DNA of 64,000 nt from Eledone cirrhosa (taxonomy: Eukaryota), in the NCBI GenBank assembly GCA_964016885.1, contig OZ024746.1, positions 77,624,001 through 77,688,000 on the forward strand, written 5' to 3'. How positions within the stretch are numbered: position 1 is the stretch's first letter; every line of letters starts with the position of its first letter. This document shows positions 1-14,020 of this stretch, piece after piece. Below the pieces are notes generated by a model. That model saw only the letters and a program-made list of their open reading frames with translations, did no database searches and had not been told where the DNA came from. The position numbers and the translations under genes are program-made.

Positions 1-134
1 CTTACTCTCTCTCTCTTTCATTCTCTCTCTTTCCCTAACTACACATACATGTACACATATATATGTGTATGTGTGTATATATATATATATATATATGTGT
101 ATGTGTGTGTATATATATGTGTATGTGTGTGTGT

Positions 135-431
135 GAAAAGTGGGTATGTATAGGAAGCCGTACAATGCAATTGGGTTAGAATTACGAAAGTAATAAGTCA
201 GAAGGGAATTGCGAGAGATGAGGTAGAAAGCAAAAAGTGGGAGGATAAGGAAAAAAGGGAAAACAAATTGAAAGAAGAGGTTGACTGAAAGTTACCTTTG
301 CAATTTATTACTCCCAAAACTTTCCTTCTCCCATTCTTTTCTTTCTACCTCATTTCTCAATTCCCTTCCGACTTGTTACCTTGGTAATTCTAACCCACTT
401 GGCATTGTACGGCTTCCTAAACCCTCTTTTC
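135..431. repeat. Old, diverged inverted repeat (arms about 135-275 and 295-431)
   Basis: Left aggaagccgtacaatgc..tgggttagaattac..gaagggaattg..atgaggtagaaag is the reverse complement of right ctttctacctcat..caattcccttc..gtaattctaaccca..gcattgtacggcttcct, with many substitutions and indels. Confidence 0.85.
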
Positions 432-974
432 ATTTTCATATTCCACAAAGCTTCAAGCAAACTATTACACTCTCTCACACAACCACACACTCTCAGATAT
501 ATATATCCTCCTCATCGTTTAATGTCAGTTTTCCTTGCTACCAAGGGTCGGATGTGTTGTCACTAATTGTGTCAGTGGTCAAGCAGAGCTACTGACCTCA
601 CAAACAAATAGGCTGGGTGGGGGTACATCTTGCTTACTTATGTTTCTGCACTCTATCATGTGCTCAGGCATGCCAGGGTCCAGCACCTTACTTAAAAAAA
701 TCCCCATGCTCTGCCGAGTGCATTTTATTGTGGCATCTACACTAAGGATATTGTTATGCTTTTGATGCAGCTCATATATGTATGTGTTTCGGTGATAAGA
801 AGTGCATCCAGTTGTAGAAGTCTTGCCAAACAAAGGACCCTCAGTTGTGTCATAGACATGACAACTCCTCCTGTGCACTCAAAGGATTGCGAGACCGTAC
901 ATAAGGGAGGCACAGATCCATGGCTCTGCTTCAGTACTGATTTCGTCTATGTAGCTCTGTCCAAATCTTGCCAG

Positions 975-1385
975 CAAGATTCAACTGATTGACATAAAAT
1001 CACTCACAGAATATGCTCCAGATTCTGGCTCACAAATATGCTGTCTCCTCTCACTGCTTTTTGTACTGCTACTACTATGGCATCTGCTTCTTGAAGCTGG
1101 GCAGTTGTAATTCAATTGTCTTTCCACTTCTCATCATGTTGTGACAGATCATCACAAGCCTCCCACCTCCAATACACACACACACACTCCATACTAAACA
1201 CTATACCCAGTCCTTTCTTTCCGGAGAATACCATCCCTCTGGAATTCTCTTCTTGCTCGTGTTTTTCCTGTAGCTTGCAACATTTTAAGTAGAAGGACCA
1301 TCAACTGCATCGATCTCACCAGATCTTTGAGGCCCAGTGCAGGCCAGAGGCACAGCCTTTCCCGTCAGACTTAGCCAAAAAAAGA
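975..1385 (+). mobile_element. Decayed 3' end of a CR1/L2/Jockey-group LINE (ORF2 C-terminus)
   Basis: Frameshifted translation IQLIDIKSLT..LQILAHKYAVSSHCFLYCYYYGICFLKL..HTKHYTQSF..TIP/WNSLLARVFP..LQHFK..INCIDL fits the LxHRRxVxSLxLFYRYY..SFFPRT..WNSLP..F C-terminal pattern of these LINEs; ends in an A-run. Confidence 0.7.
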
Positions 1386-1419
1386 AAAGGTGATTGAATT
1401 TTTAGTGTTGTTGAACCTC

Positions 1420-1750
1420 CGTCAGTTCTGATGACGAGTGTTCCAGTTGTTCAAACAATGGAGCAGAATGTCCATGTAATTAATGTACAAGTGTCTCGGC
1501 ATTCCACAGAGATACGTGCACCTTTGATGTAGTTCTCAGCATGACACTGTGTAACGAGGCTAGCCTTTTGAATTACAGATGCATCTCATCATTGCCAGCA
1601 AAGTGAACTAGGGCAACTGGAGATCAATTGTCTTGCTCAAGGATACAATGCATCACTGGGATGGATGGGAAGGGTGGGTTTTGTGCTGGGAGTCACTCTC
1701 ATGACCATACAATTGTGAGCTATACTCTGTAACCATTAAGCCTCACACTT
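1420..1750 (-). mobile_element. Degenerate tRNA-headed SINE (family B-related)
   Basis: Contains gtcttgctcaagga and a decayed head (taaccattaagcc) matching the better-preserved copies at 13350-13682, 18704-19048 and 60764-61068. Confidence 0.65.
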
Positions 1751-1884
1751 TCACTTTTATTGTGTAAAGGGAGCAATGAAATATCTCACCTCTTTATCTT
1801 GGAGCCTTCTGGGAATTACCAGACAGTCTAGACTGACTGGCTACTGTCAGGTGTTAAAAGACAACTGATATATAAAACAAGAGG

Positions 1885-2097
<213 letters not shown>

Positions 2098-2559
2098 AAG
2101 TGGTTGTAAGGGAGGGACCAGTTTTATTTCCACTTCTTTTGAACATGCAAGCTTGTCCACTGTAGTAGTGACCTAGTATTAAAACTAAAACTATATTGTT
2201 TGTATGTCTGTTATGTAATTTCTTCTTAATACTCTTTCCATTTGATAAACAGTATCTGATTTTATTGATATACTTCAACAGAGATGTAGTTTTGCCTATT
2301 GATCACGGAAATCACATTTGTTTTTTCTGCTTTTTTTCCTTTTTTTTTTTGAAATTAGTTATAAAAGAGGTACAGCTCTTAAAAGATTTCTTTTTTATCT
2401 ATTTATTTATTTATTATTATTATTTTTTTTTTTGGTTAGGTAATTTCAGCCAATCATATATCCATGATATATCATACCACCCACCCATCTGCCCACCTAT
2501 AACAACAGCAAAGATTTACAGTTTTCTCTATTGCTGTGTGTTTCTGATGATGAAGGATC

Positions 2560-2602
<43 letters not shown>

Positions 2603-2789
2603 CGATTGTATTGTTATTTCTGTTTACCTTTTTCATATATATGTTATGTATTTCCATAGCAAAGGTAAAGGAATCTAATGAGCATTCTGGACGTTTCTGT
2701 TAGGATCGTGTAGTTTCCTGAAACCTTTGGTAATGGAATAATTATATTGTGTAGTTTATATGTAAATATGTATATGTAGGGTAGAACCC

Positions 2790-3035
2790 TCTTCGGTCAC
2801 ATGGTCACAAATGACCATGAGATTTGCAGTTTGAAAGCTTTCTTCCAAGGCACGAGTCCAAGCAAGGTGTTTTTGTGGAAGTTCAGCAGTCACCCATACA
2901 TACCAGTCTCCTCCCTCCACGCCACCGATGTCTAACAGAAAGGCTAAGGCCGATACAATTTGGCACCAGTGACGTTGCAACTCATTTCTACTCATTTCTG
3001 AGTGTACTGGAGCAATGTGAACTAAAGTGTTTTAC
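2790..3035 (-). mobile_element. SINE fragment related to the 43330-43648 copy
   Basis: Shares ggccgataca..tggcaccagtgac..gcaactcatttct..ctggagcaatgtgaa with 43330-43648. Confidence 0.7.
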
Positions 3036-3629
3036 AATCAGTATATATTTTCTGTTTTAATTAAACTTAAATTTAGTGTACACACACACACATACACACA
3101 TACAGACATACACACACACCATCATCATCGTTTAATGTCCATTTTTCATGTTAGCATGGTTTAGATGGGTTGTTCCATTAGAGGCAAGTTGGGTCAGGTG
3201 ACCGTGTCTTGCTCATATATATAGGAAGGGCATCCTATATATATATATATATAGGAAGGGCATCCAACTGTAGAAACTGAAATATGTAACATATCAGCAA
3301 GATGAGGTTGCACCACCTTGTTTTGGTCCAGGTCCATGTCAACCTATCCAACCCATGCCAGCATGAAAAACAGATGTAAATGATGATGATCATCACCATC
3401 GCCACCATCATTTACACACACACACACACACAAACACAAACACAAACACACAAACACAAAAAAATATTTAATGTATTAGAGAAAAGCAAGAAATACATTT
3501 TCACAACTGTAATGCAATTGAAATTTTAATCCAGTTAATTAGATGAAATATTTATGTATCGTTCTTGGCTGTAGTTTTATTACATTTGATGTGTCTTGAT
3601 ATTCTCATTTCATATTTATTTCTTTGGTA

Positions 3630-3745
3630 TATTTTGTTGTTGTTGCTGTTGCTAATGTTGTTGTTGTGTTTGGTGGTGTTGTTGTTGTCATTGATTTTGT
3701 TGCTGCTGCTATCGTCACTGTTGATGTTGTTGTTGGTACTGTTGC

Positions 3746-3776
<31 letters not shown>

Positions 3777-3885
3777 GCCATTGTTGTCATTGCTGTTGTC
3801 ACTGTCATTTTGTTGTTGATATTGTTGTTGCTGTCGGTTCTGTTGTTGGTGCAGGCACTTTTGTTGTTGTTATTGTTGTTTAAAA
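3630..3885. repeat. Degenerate (GTT)n low-complexity tract
   Basis: Direct inspection; explains the poly-L/V/T ORFs. Confidence 0.9.
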
Positions 3886-4284
3886 TTGGTCCTTGACTTA
3901 AGTAGGAATTACTGTAGTGAAAAAAAAAAAAAAAAAAAAAATTATAACAACAACAACAACAATAATAATAATAAATACATCATTCTTCAATTGTGTGCTC
4001 TTTGTCCATTTTCTTGTATTGATTTTGTTAGTGTTGCTTTATGAGTTGGAACACTATTGATGGTTGTACTGATGGTGAGGAGGAACAACAACAACAACAG
4101 CAATAACAATAATGATGATTTTTATGGTGATAAAATGGTAACAGAGAAGAGTGTAGAGGAGGGAGTAGTCCATTAGTAAGGAGAATGAGGGAGAGAGAGG
4201 GGGGAGTGAAGAAGGGAGGGGTGGAAGGAAAATAGGACATGGCAAAAATAATAATAATAAAAGAATATGGAAATAATAATGTTG

Positions 4285-5140
4285 ATTTCAAATTTAGGCA
4301 CAAGGCCAACAGTTTGTAGAGAAAGGAAAACTCGATTATATTAACGCCACTACATTACTGGTACTTTATTTTGTCGATCCTGGAAGGACGAAAGACAAAG
4401 TTAACCTCAGTGTGATTTGAACACAAAGCCAGAGCAAAGTCTTATTATATTTATTATAATAACGCATAGAGTTATGGCCCTTGCCATTCTGGGTTCAAAT
4501 CCCGTCGAGGTTAACTTTGCCTTTCATCCTTACAGGGTTGATAAAATAAAGTACCAGTAATGCACTGGGATAATTGCTGGCCTTGTGCCAAAAGTAGAAA
4601 CAATTATAATTATTAGAAGGATTGGCAGTATTGATAGAGCGTCAAACACCCTGCTTCGTAGCATAGAGTTATAGCCCTTTACGTTCTGTGTTCAAATCCC
4701 ATCGAGGTTAGCTTTGCCTTTCATCCTTATGAGGTCGATAAAATAAAGTACCAGTCATACACTGGGGTTGATTTAATCGACTTTCCCCTCCTCCAAAATT
4801 GTTGGCCTTCTGCCTAAAAGTAGAAACAATTAATAATAATAATTGTTTCTACTTTTGGCACAAGGCCAGCAATTACCCAGTACATTACTGGTACTTTATT
4901 TTATCGACCCCGTAAGGATGAAAGGCAAAGTTAACCTCGGCGGGATTTGAACTCAGAATAATAATAATAATAATAGTTTCTGATTTAAGAACAAGGCCAA
5001 CAATTTTGGGGGAGGGGAAAGTTGATCATATCAACCCCCGTACTTAACTGGTACTTTATTTTATCAACCTTTGGAAGGATGAAAGGCAAAGTTGATCGCG
5101 GCGGGATTTGAACTCAGAACATAAAAGGCTGTTACTTAAT
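4285..5140. mobile_element. Cluster of five family A SINE copies (orientations -,+,+,-,-) separated by (TAA)n
   Basis: Each has the core gttcaaatccc..gaggttaactttgcctttcatcctta.ggggtcgataaaataaagtaccagt and the tail ggccttgtgcc.aaagtagaaacaatta, or their reverse complements; B-box gttcaaatcc present. Confidence 0.9.
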
Positions 5141-5164
5141 GCCTCAAAACTTTTTGGTCTAACA

Positions 5165-7456
<2,292 letters not shown>

Positions 7457-7532
7457 TTACCCGTCTAACCCATGCTAGCGTGGAAGAACGGACGTGAAAC
7501 GGTTATGATGATGATGATGATGATGATGATGA
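7457..7532 (+). mobile_element. Isolated RTE-type 3' tail ending in (GAT)n
   Basis: cccgtctaacccatgctagcgtggaagaacggacgtgaaacg followed by (gat)n; the same terminus as the RTE/SINE copies elsewhere in the window. Confidence 0.8.
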
Positions 7533-7704
7533 TAATACAATATGTTGAAAAGATAACACACTAGAGAGAGAGATAGTGCGCCATCAATCAAACAGGGAAA
7601 AACCACCAGTGTATGGAATCTATAGCCCATGGAAGGCAGAGTAGACACACAATAATTAAAAGTATAAATTAAAGTGTAAATACATACCTCGATAACTATC
7701 TAAC

Positions 7705-7785
7705 ACACACGTACAAATCCAAAGAAATCTGTTTCGCCAGTAAGTTCTTGACAGAAATGATAGCCCATGGTTCATCAGTGTGTGT
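7705..7785 (-). ncRNA. Type I hammerhead ribozyme (left-arm copy; stem I closing pair mismatched)
   Basis: Minus strand reads acacaca-CTGATGA-acca..tggc-GAAA-cagattt cttt ggatttg-TA-cgtgtgt. Confidence 0.7.
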
Positions 7786-8046
7786 AAGGTTATACATTTC
7801 AGACAACTCTACGAGAATCTAAAGCGACTGTCCAGCCACATGTGGGAGAGAGAATTCGCAGCGTGCCTAGGGCAGTAACCAGTGGCCTCTGAGGGACGAG
7901 CTGCTAGAAAGGGCAGCCCAAACCACTCAGAGAAATGTGCTCAATCAAACAGAGAGAGAGGAAAGACTGTTATAGGCACGCTGTGAATTCTCTCTCCCAC
8001 GTGTGGCTGGACAGTCGCTTTAGATTCTCTTAGAGTTGTCTGCCTT

Positions 8047-8127
8047 ACACACGCTGATGAACCATGGGCTATCATTTCTGTCAACAACTTACTGGCGAAA
8101 CAGATTTCTTTGGATTTGTACGTGTGT
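8047..8127 (+). ncRNA. Type I hammerhead ribozyme
   Basis: Stem I acacacg(8047-53)/cgtgtgt(8121-27); CTGATGA 8054-60; stem II cca..tgg (A.C at 10.1/11.1); GAAA 8097-8100; stem III acagattt/ggatttgt; GUA cleavage triplet 8118-8120. Confidence 0.8.
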
Positions 8128-8644
8128 GTTAGATAGTTATCGAGGTATGTATTTACACTTTAATTTATACTTTTAATTATTGTGTGTCTACTCTGCCTTC
8201 CATGGGCTATAGATTCCATACACTGGTGGTTTTTCCCTGTTTTATTGATGGCGCACTATCTCTCTCTCTAGTGTGTTATCTTTTCAACATATTGTATTAT
8301 AAAGATCTCGGGGTTCCTTCTCCTTTGAGCACATTACTGACAGGGAATAGCGAGAGTCTTTGGGTCCCTTAATTTATCGTATATATATATATGAGAAAGA
8401 GAGAGAGACCCTTGGTGGGAATAAGGGGGGAATAAAGGTAAAATAGGACATAGCTAGAAGATAAAACAAAGAGAATAATAATAATAATAATAATGATAAT
8501 AATAATAAATGTCAGTATAAAATATCATTAAACAAAACCAAGCCAACATTAATAATCCATTAATTTAACTTTGTTGTTACGGTTTGTTGCAGACATTATC
8601 TACTTTTTGTATTGCAATCTTGTAGCTCAGTAATTATTGTACAG

Positions 8645-8968
8645 CGTTGATAGTGTTGGTGGTGGTGATGGTGTTGTTGTTGGTGGTGTTAGTGTTAGTT
8701 GTGGTGTTGGTGGTGTTAGTGTTGGTGGTGGTATTAGTGTTGCTGCTGGTGGTGGTGATGGTGTTGTTGGTGGTGCTGGCGTTGTTGTTGTTGCTGGTGA
8801 TGGTGTTGTTGTTGGTGTTGGTGGTGTTAGTGTTAGTTGTGGTGTTGTTGGTGGTGGTGGTGGTGGTGGCGTTGGTGGTGATGGTGATGGTGTTGGTGGT
8901 GTTAGTGTTAGTTGTGGTGTTGGTGGTGATATTAGTGTTGCTGTTGTTGGTGGTGGTGTGGTTGTTTA
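8645..8968. repeat. GGT/GTT low-complexity tract
   Basis: Direct inspection. Confidence 0.9.
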
Positions 8969-9741
8969 TTTTTATATATATGCAATATTTGTTAATTTTT
9001 CTCGATTACAATCAGAGAATCTTGCATATGTTACAGAGGATAGCCTCACTTCTAAAGTCTGTTACTCCTACTTCACATGTTGTTGCTGTTCTACTTGATT
9101 TTTTTTTTTCTGTAGTACATTTGCTTTGAACAAGAACAACCACAATTATTTTACACCCCTTCCCACTTAAAAAAAAAAAATAATAATGTCATAAAAAAAT
9201 CGATTTTATTTTATCTTCCATTTTTATTTTTTTTTAAATTTCCTTCAAAATTTTTTTAATAGTGGTGTTTTTTTTTTTTCTTTTTTTTTTTTTACTACAG
9301 AGCCTTTTATGACAATTTGATGTTTGAGTGTTTTATTATATTTTTTCTTTAAATATCTCCTTAGGATGGCAGCCCATTAAAATTTACAGGAATTGTATGG
9401 CTATTAAATCTTTTTTAATTTGTTAAATTTGCTAGTAAAGGCAACAAATTGGTAGAGTTGTTAGAGCAGTGGACAGAATGCTTTGCAGGATTTATTCCAG
9501 CTCTTAGTTCTAATACTGCTGACATCATCTTTGCTTTTTATTCTCTTGAGGTTGATGAATAAAGTACCAGGGTTGATTCTCTCTCATCAGCTGCATTCAA
9601 GCTGAAGAGGGACAGTTGAGGTTCAATGGATGGAAATTTGTTGCTGGTATTAGTTACTGCAAACCAGTGGTCCTTAACCATTTTTTGTTCCATGACATCC
9701 CCTTCCCCTAATTTGTCCCCTAATTTGTCCTAGTATGTATG

Positions 9742-9801
<60 letters not shown>

Positions 9802-10303
9802 AGTATATATATATATATATATGTGTATATATATATGTGTATATGTGTATATATATATAGATGTGTATATGTATATGTGTATATCTATATATATATAGAT
9901 GTGTATATGTGTATATATATATATGTGTATATATATGTATATATGTGTATATGTATATATATGTATATATATATATATATGTATGTATATATATGTGTGT
10001 GTTTGTATCTACATTTGTATATATTTTTGTCTGTACTGTATGTATATGTTTGCATATTGCATATATATGTATCTGTTCTAATAATGTGTCTTAACTACTG
10101 GAACCAGTATTCTGTATATTCTAATCAATGTAAGACATGTAGGATGCCATTTCACCAGATAAAGCTCACGTTTAAGTGCCCAACATATTGTGTCAAGAAA
10201 CAGAGCAGGGAATTTAGAATGATTTGGAATAGTTTCATTGTATATTAATTACAAATCCTAATTACATGTGATAGTTTGACATTATGTACATCATCTATGG
10301 CTG

Positions 10304-10340
<37 letters not shown>

Positions 10341-10343
<3 letters not shown>

Positions 10344-10598
10344 GAGGTCGTGTAGGTGTCACGAAAAAAAAAAAAAGCACACAGTCCACGCTGTAATGTG
10401 GCCGTGTAGGTAACACGGTAAAAACCTCCCAGTCCACACTGTAAACGTGGTCGGTGTTAGGAAGGGCATCCAGCCGTAGAAAACCCGCCAGACAGTCCTA
10501 CACGAGCAAGACAACCAATCTTGCCTCAAGTGGGAAAACTCCTGTCCAAACCCATGCAAGCGTGGAAGATGGACGTTAAACGATGGTGATGATGATGA

Positions 10599-10602
<4 letters not shown>
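10341..10602 (+). mobile_element. 3' UTR fragment of the long-UTR RTE LINE, ending in (GAT)n
   Basis: Highly similar to the reverse complements of 40635-40880 and 61628-61880. Confidence 0.85.
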
Positions 10603-10691
<89 letters not shown>

Positions 10692-10823
10692 TATAAATAC
10701 TGCATTCATATAGATACATGTATGCACAAGCATAAATATATATATATGTATATATATATATATACACACACACATATATAAAATATATATATATACACAT
10801 GTAGGTGTATATATACATATATA

Positions 10824-10929
10824 CAGGATGTCCCCCAAAAATGTATACACACTTTGGTTACCTGTACAAGCAATATTTAGTTATCTGGTGTTGAAGTGTG
10901 TATACATTTTTGAGGGGACACACACCCTG
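10824..10929. mobile_element. Tc1/mariner-like MITE in TA context
   Basis: TA-caggatgtcccccaaaaatgtatacacactt ... aagtgtgtatacatttttgaggggacacacaccctg-TA: ~30-bp imperfect TIRs with TA flanks. Confidence 0.75.
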
Positions 10930-11054
10930 TATATATATATCATCAATCATCATCATCATCATTTAACACTAGCATATATATATATATATAGTGAAATTTT
11001 AGCTATATATATATATATATATATATATACATACATGCATATGCATGTATATAT

Positions 11055-11327
11055 GTACGGGAGAGGAGACTGAGGTGGTATGGACATGTGATGCGCATGG
11101 AAGATGACCGATGGGTGAAGAAGTGCCAGGAAATGCCAGTTGAAGGAAGATGTGGTAGTGGTAGACCACGAAAAACATGGGCGGAGGTGGTGAGAACAGA
11201 CCTCAGATCATTGAAGCTCACGGTGGAGATGACGAAGGACCGTGACGAGTGGAGAGATGCTGTGCTGAATAAGACACGTCCAACCCTAGCAAACAGGGAA
11301 AAGCGGACGTAAAATGATGATGATGAT
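11055..11327 (+). mobile_element. RTE-clade LINE 3' end (short 3' UTR)
   Basis: Translates RRLRWYGHVMRMEDDRWVKKC..GRPRKTWAEVVRTDL..DRDEWR, the hallmark RTE ORF C-terminus; the stop is followed almost immediately by (GAT)n. Confidence 0.92.
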
Positions 11328-11694
11328 ATTCTACTTTTATTCTTTCATCAACATTATTGTGAAGAGTTTTTCACTTATAGGTATAATGAAACTGTTTCCA
11401 AAATGTTGAGGTTTTCTCTTCGGTGAAGTCATTGTCGTTTATCAATTTTTCTTCTTTGACAGGTGAAGCCACATGGCTTAACGGTTTGAGTTTCATTTCC
11501 CACCGGTTTTCATATTGTGGCTAGGGCCTCTACTATTAGAAACTCATAAGAGGACAGCAGGGTTAAACTACAAAACTTTCATCCATTTGTTGGAACCTTT
11601 TGCAATAGAGTTTTTTCAAATTACAAACAACTCAGATTTGTGTACATTATTTTAGTCCCCTTTTATGAAAAGTAGATTTGTCATCGTTATCATT

Positions 11695-12098
11695 AGCAGA
11701 ACCATTAGAATGTCAGATAAATGCTTTGTAATATTTGTTCTGGCTATTTACCTTCTCAATTCAAATCCCACCAGGGTCAACTCCACTTTTTATCCTTTCG
11801 GAGTCAATAAAATAAGGCACTAGTCACATATTGGAGTAATTATCTCATCCCCCAAATTACTGGCCTTATACCTTAATTAGAAACCTTTATTACTGTTGTC
11901 ATTTAAAGCATCAGACAAATTCTTAGTATTTGTTTCAGATATTTTTGTTCTGAGTTGAAGACCCTTCAAAGTTAGCTTTGCTTTTCATCCTGGCGGGGTT
12001 GATAAAATAAAGTACCTGTAATGTACTGAGGTCTGTTTAATTGACTTTTCCCTTCCCTCAAATTGTAGGCCTTGGCCAAATGTAGAAACAATTATTAT
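11695..12098 (+). mobile_element. Two tandem degenerate family A SINEs
   Basis: ttcaaatcccaccagggtcaac..ataaaataag and tttcatcctggcggggttgataaaataaagtacc..gtagaaacaatt. Confidence 0.75.
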
Positions 12099-13010
12099 CT
12101 TTAACTTTTGGCATGAGTGGACATGTGTCTAGACATGCTCTGAGGAATTTGTTTGTTCAAAGAATTTGCTAGATGTAAATACTTTTTTGCGGATTGTTTT
12201 ACCATCAGAATACTCTTGGAAACCTTGTTTACCCTGGGGATGATAAAATGATAGTTTGTCCTTGGATATTTTGTAAATATTTGTTTGTTTGTGTTTCTTC
12301 CTCTGGGGTGACAGTAAGAGTTGCTAACCACAAAAAACAGTAGCAGCCTACATGCACCCTGTAGTTTTGCAGAAAGATTTTGAAAATTATAAATAAGAAA
12401 ACAGACAAAAAAAAAAATCATGACAGACAAGCAGATGCAATTAAAAACAGAAACATTATCACTTTGAAAAATATCAATTTCCCCGAATTTGTAAACATGA
12501 ATTTTTGCACTACAGCACAGAAGTAGCAATGACATTTTAAAAAGAAACAAAAGCAGTAACAGTAGCAACAACAGCTAAGAGGTATGTCTCAAAAAAAAAA
12601 AGCCCTTACTTTTGTATGAAATGAAGTGATTTCCATTGACTATGAAAAGGTATATGTGAGTCTATGCTTGAGGTTGAACACTTAGGATGAAGCAAAAACA
12701 AGAAAACCAGAGAGATATTATGTCATATACCTGACTATAGACTGATGTTTGAGATATATTAAATTACATAACATGACAGTTATAGCAAGACACATTGGGA
12801 GAGATGCTGAACCGTGGCTCACTGTCACCTAAAAATGTATGTTCAGAAGACATTGTATGCTATTTTAAACATCAAATGCAGAAAATACTAATGGGTGATT
12901 TTGTGTACATCAAGTGGTAGATGGAAAGGCAGGGTGATCTGACCAAACCTGCTATTTTTCACCCTTGTGTGGATGTTTTCTCCAATTTTTTTTTTTTGTT
13001 TCCTCAAATT

Positions 13011-13060
<50 letters not shown>

Positions 13061-13063
<3 letters not shown>

Positions 13064-13350
13064 AGGGATAAACTGTAGTGTGCAGGAGAGAAGACTGCAT
13101 TGGTATGGCCATGTGATGCGCATGGAAGGTAACTGCTGGGTGAAAAAGTGCTAACAAACCTCAGTCGAAGGGAGACACAGTAGAGGAAGACCACAAAAAA
13201 CATGGGCGGAGGTGGTGAGGGCTGACCTCAGATCGCTGAAGCTCACTGAGGAGATGACGAAGGACCATGACGGATGGAGTGATGCTGTGTTGAAAAGGAC
13301 CTGTCCCACCCTTGCAAGCAAGGAAAAGCAGACGTAATGTGATGATGATC
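13061..13350 (+). mobile_element. RTE LINE 3' end
   Basis: ERRLHWYGHVMRMEGNCWVKKC..GRPQKTWAEVV; (GAT)n tail; similar to 11055-11327. Confidence 0.9.
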
Positions 13351-13682
13351 ATCATCATCATTTTATGTCCACTTTTCCCTGCTGGTAAGGGTGGGACGGG
13401 AACTGATTCTGGCTTGATTTCTACAGCTGGATGCCCTTCCTAACGCCAACCTCATTACAGTGAGTGCTGGGTGCTTTTTTGCCATGGCACCTCCACGACC
13501 ACTTTGCAATGGAATGATAGGAACCCCAGTCCTATCATCTCATTTCTACAGCTGAGTAAACTGGAGCAATGTGAAATAAAGTGTCTTGCTCAAGGAAACA
13601 ACATATCACCCGGTCTGAGAATTGAACTCACAACCTTTCGATTGCAAGGCCAATGCTCTAACCACTAAGCCATGTGCCTCCA
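13350..13682 (-). mobile_element. Full-length tRNA-headed SINE (family B) with RTE-derived tail
   Basis: Head tggaggcacatggcttagtggttagagc (A box) ..gagttcaattc (B box); body ccttgagcaagacactttatttcacattgctccag; nearly identical to 18704-19048. Confidence 0.9.
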
Positions 13683-13688
13683 TTTTAA

Positions 13689-13808
13689 ATGCTTACGGCA
13701 CCTAGGGTTTCCAAGTGGTTACCCATCTAAGTACTAACTAGGCTCGGCGTTGTTTAACTTCGGTGATCAGACGAGAACCGGTGTTTTCAGTGTGATATGG
13801 CGGTAAAT
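13689..13808 (-). rRNA. 5S rRNA: Dispersed, diverged 5S rRNA copy (probable pseudogene)
   Basis: 120 nt on the minus strand: atttaccgccatatcacactgaaaacaccggttctcgtctgatcaccgaagttaaacaacgccgagcctagttagtacttagatgggtaaccacttggaaaccctaggtgccgtaagcat. Metazoan 5S with internal control region (gaagttaa..agtactt.gatggg); 5' end and box C carry substitutions; no TTTT terminator. Confidence 0.92.
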
Positions 13809-13820
13809 ATATATATATAT

Positions 13821-14020
13821 CATCATCATCATCATCATCATCATTTTACGTCCGCTTTTCCTTGCTTGCAAGGGTTGGACGGGTCCTATTCAGCACAGCA
13901 TCTCTCCACTTGTCACAGTCTTTTGTCATCTCCTCGGTGTGTTTCAGAGATTTGAGGTCTGCTCGCACCACCTCTCCCCATGTTTTTCATGGTCTACCTC
14001 TACTGCATCTTCCTTCCATA
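13821..14020 (-). mobile_element. RTE LINE 3' end
   Basis: Minus strand reads GRP*KTWGEVVRADLKSL..DKWRDAVLNRTRPTLASKEKRT followed by (GAT)n. Confidence 0.88.

Larger units (their letters stand above)
7532..8300. mobile_element. Foldback element (arms 7532-7869 and 7973-8300, 103-bp spacer); probable Penelope-like pLTR pair
   Basis: Arms are near-perfect reverse complements (few substitutions, one ~10-nt indel) and each carries a hammerhead ribozyme core. The Penelope assignment is inferred from the known association of hammerheads and inverted pLTRs with PLEs. Confidence 0.85.

Noticed and set aside
7870-7972. Hairpin gctgct..gcagc preceded by ctgagggacgag in the foldback spacer, as a third hammerhead
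   Set aside because: Lacks an intact CUGANGA and GAAA; at best a decayed motif.
8637-9129. Gly/Val-rich ORFs
   Set aside because: Irregular GGT/GTT low-complexity DNA with no gene structure; it serves as the null model for the 53-56 kb array.
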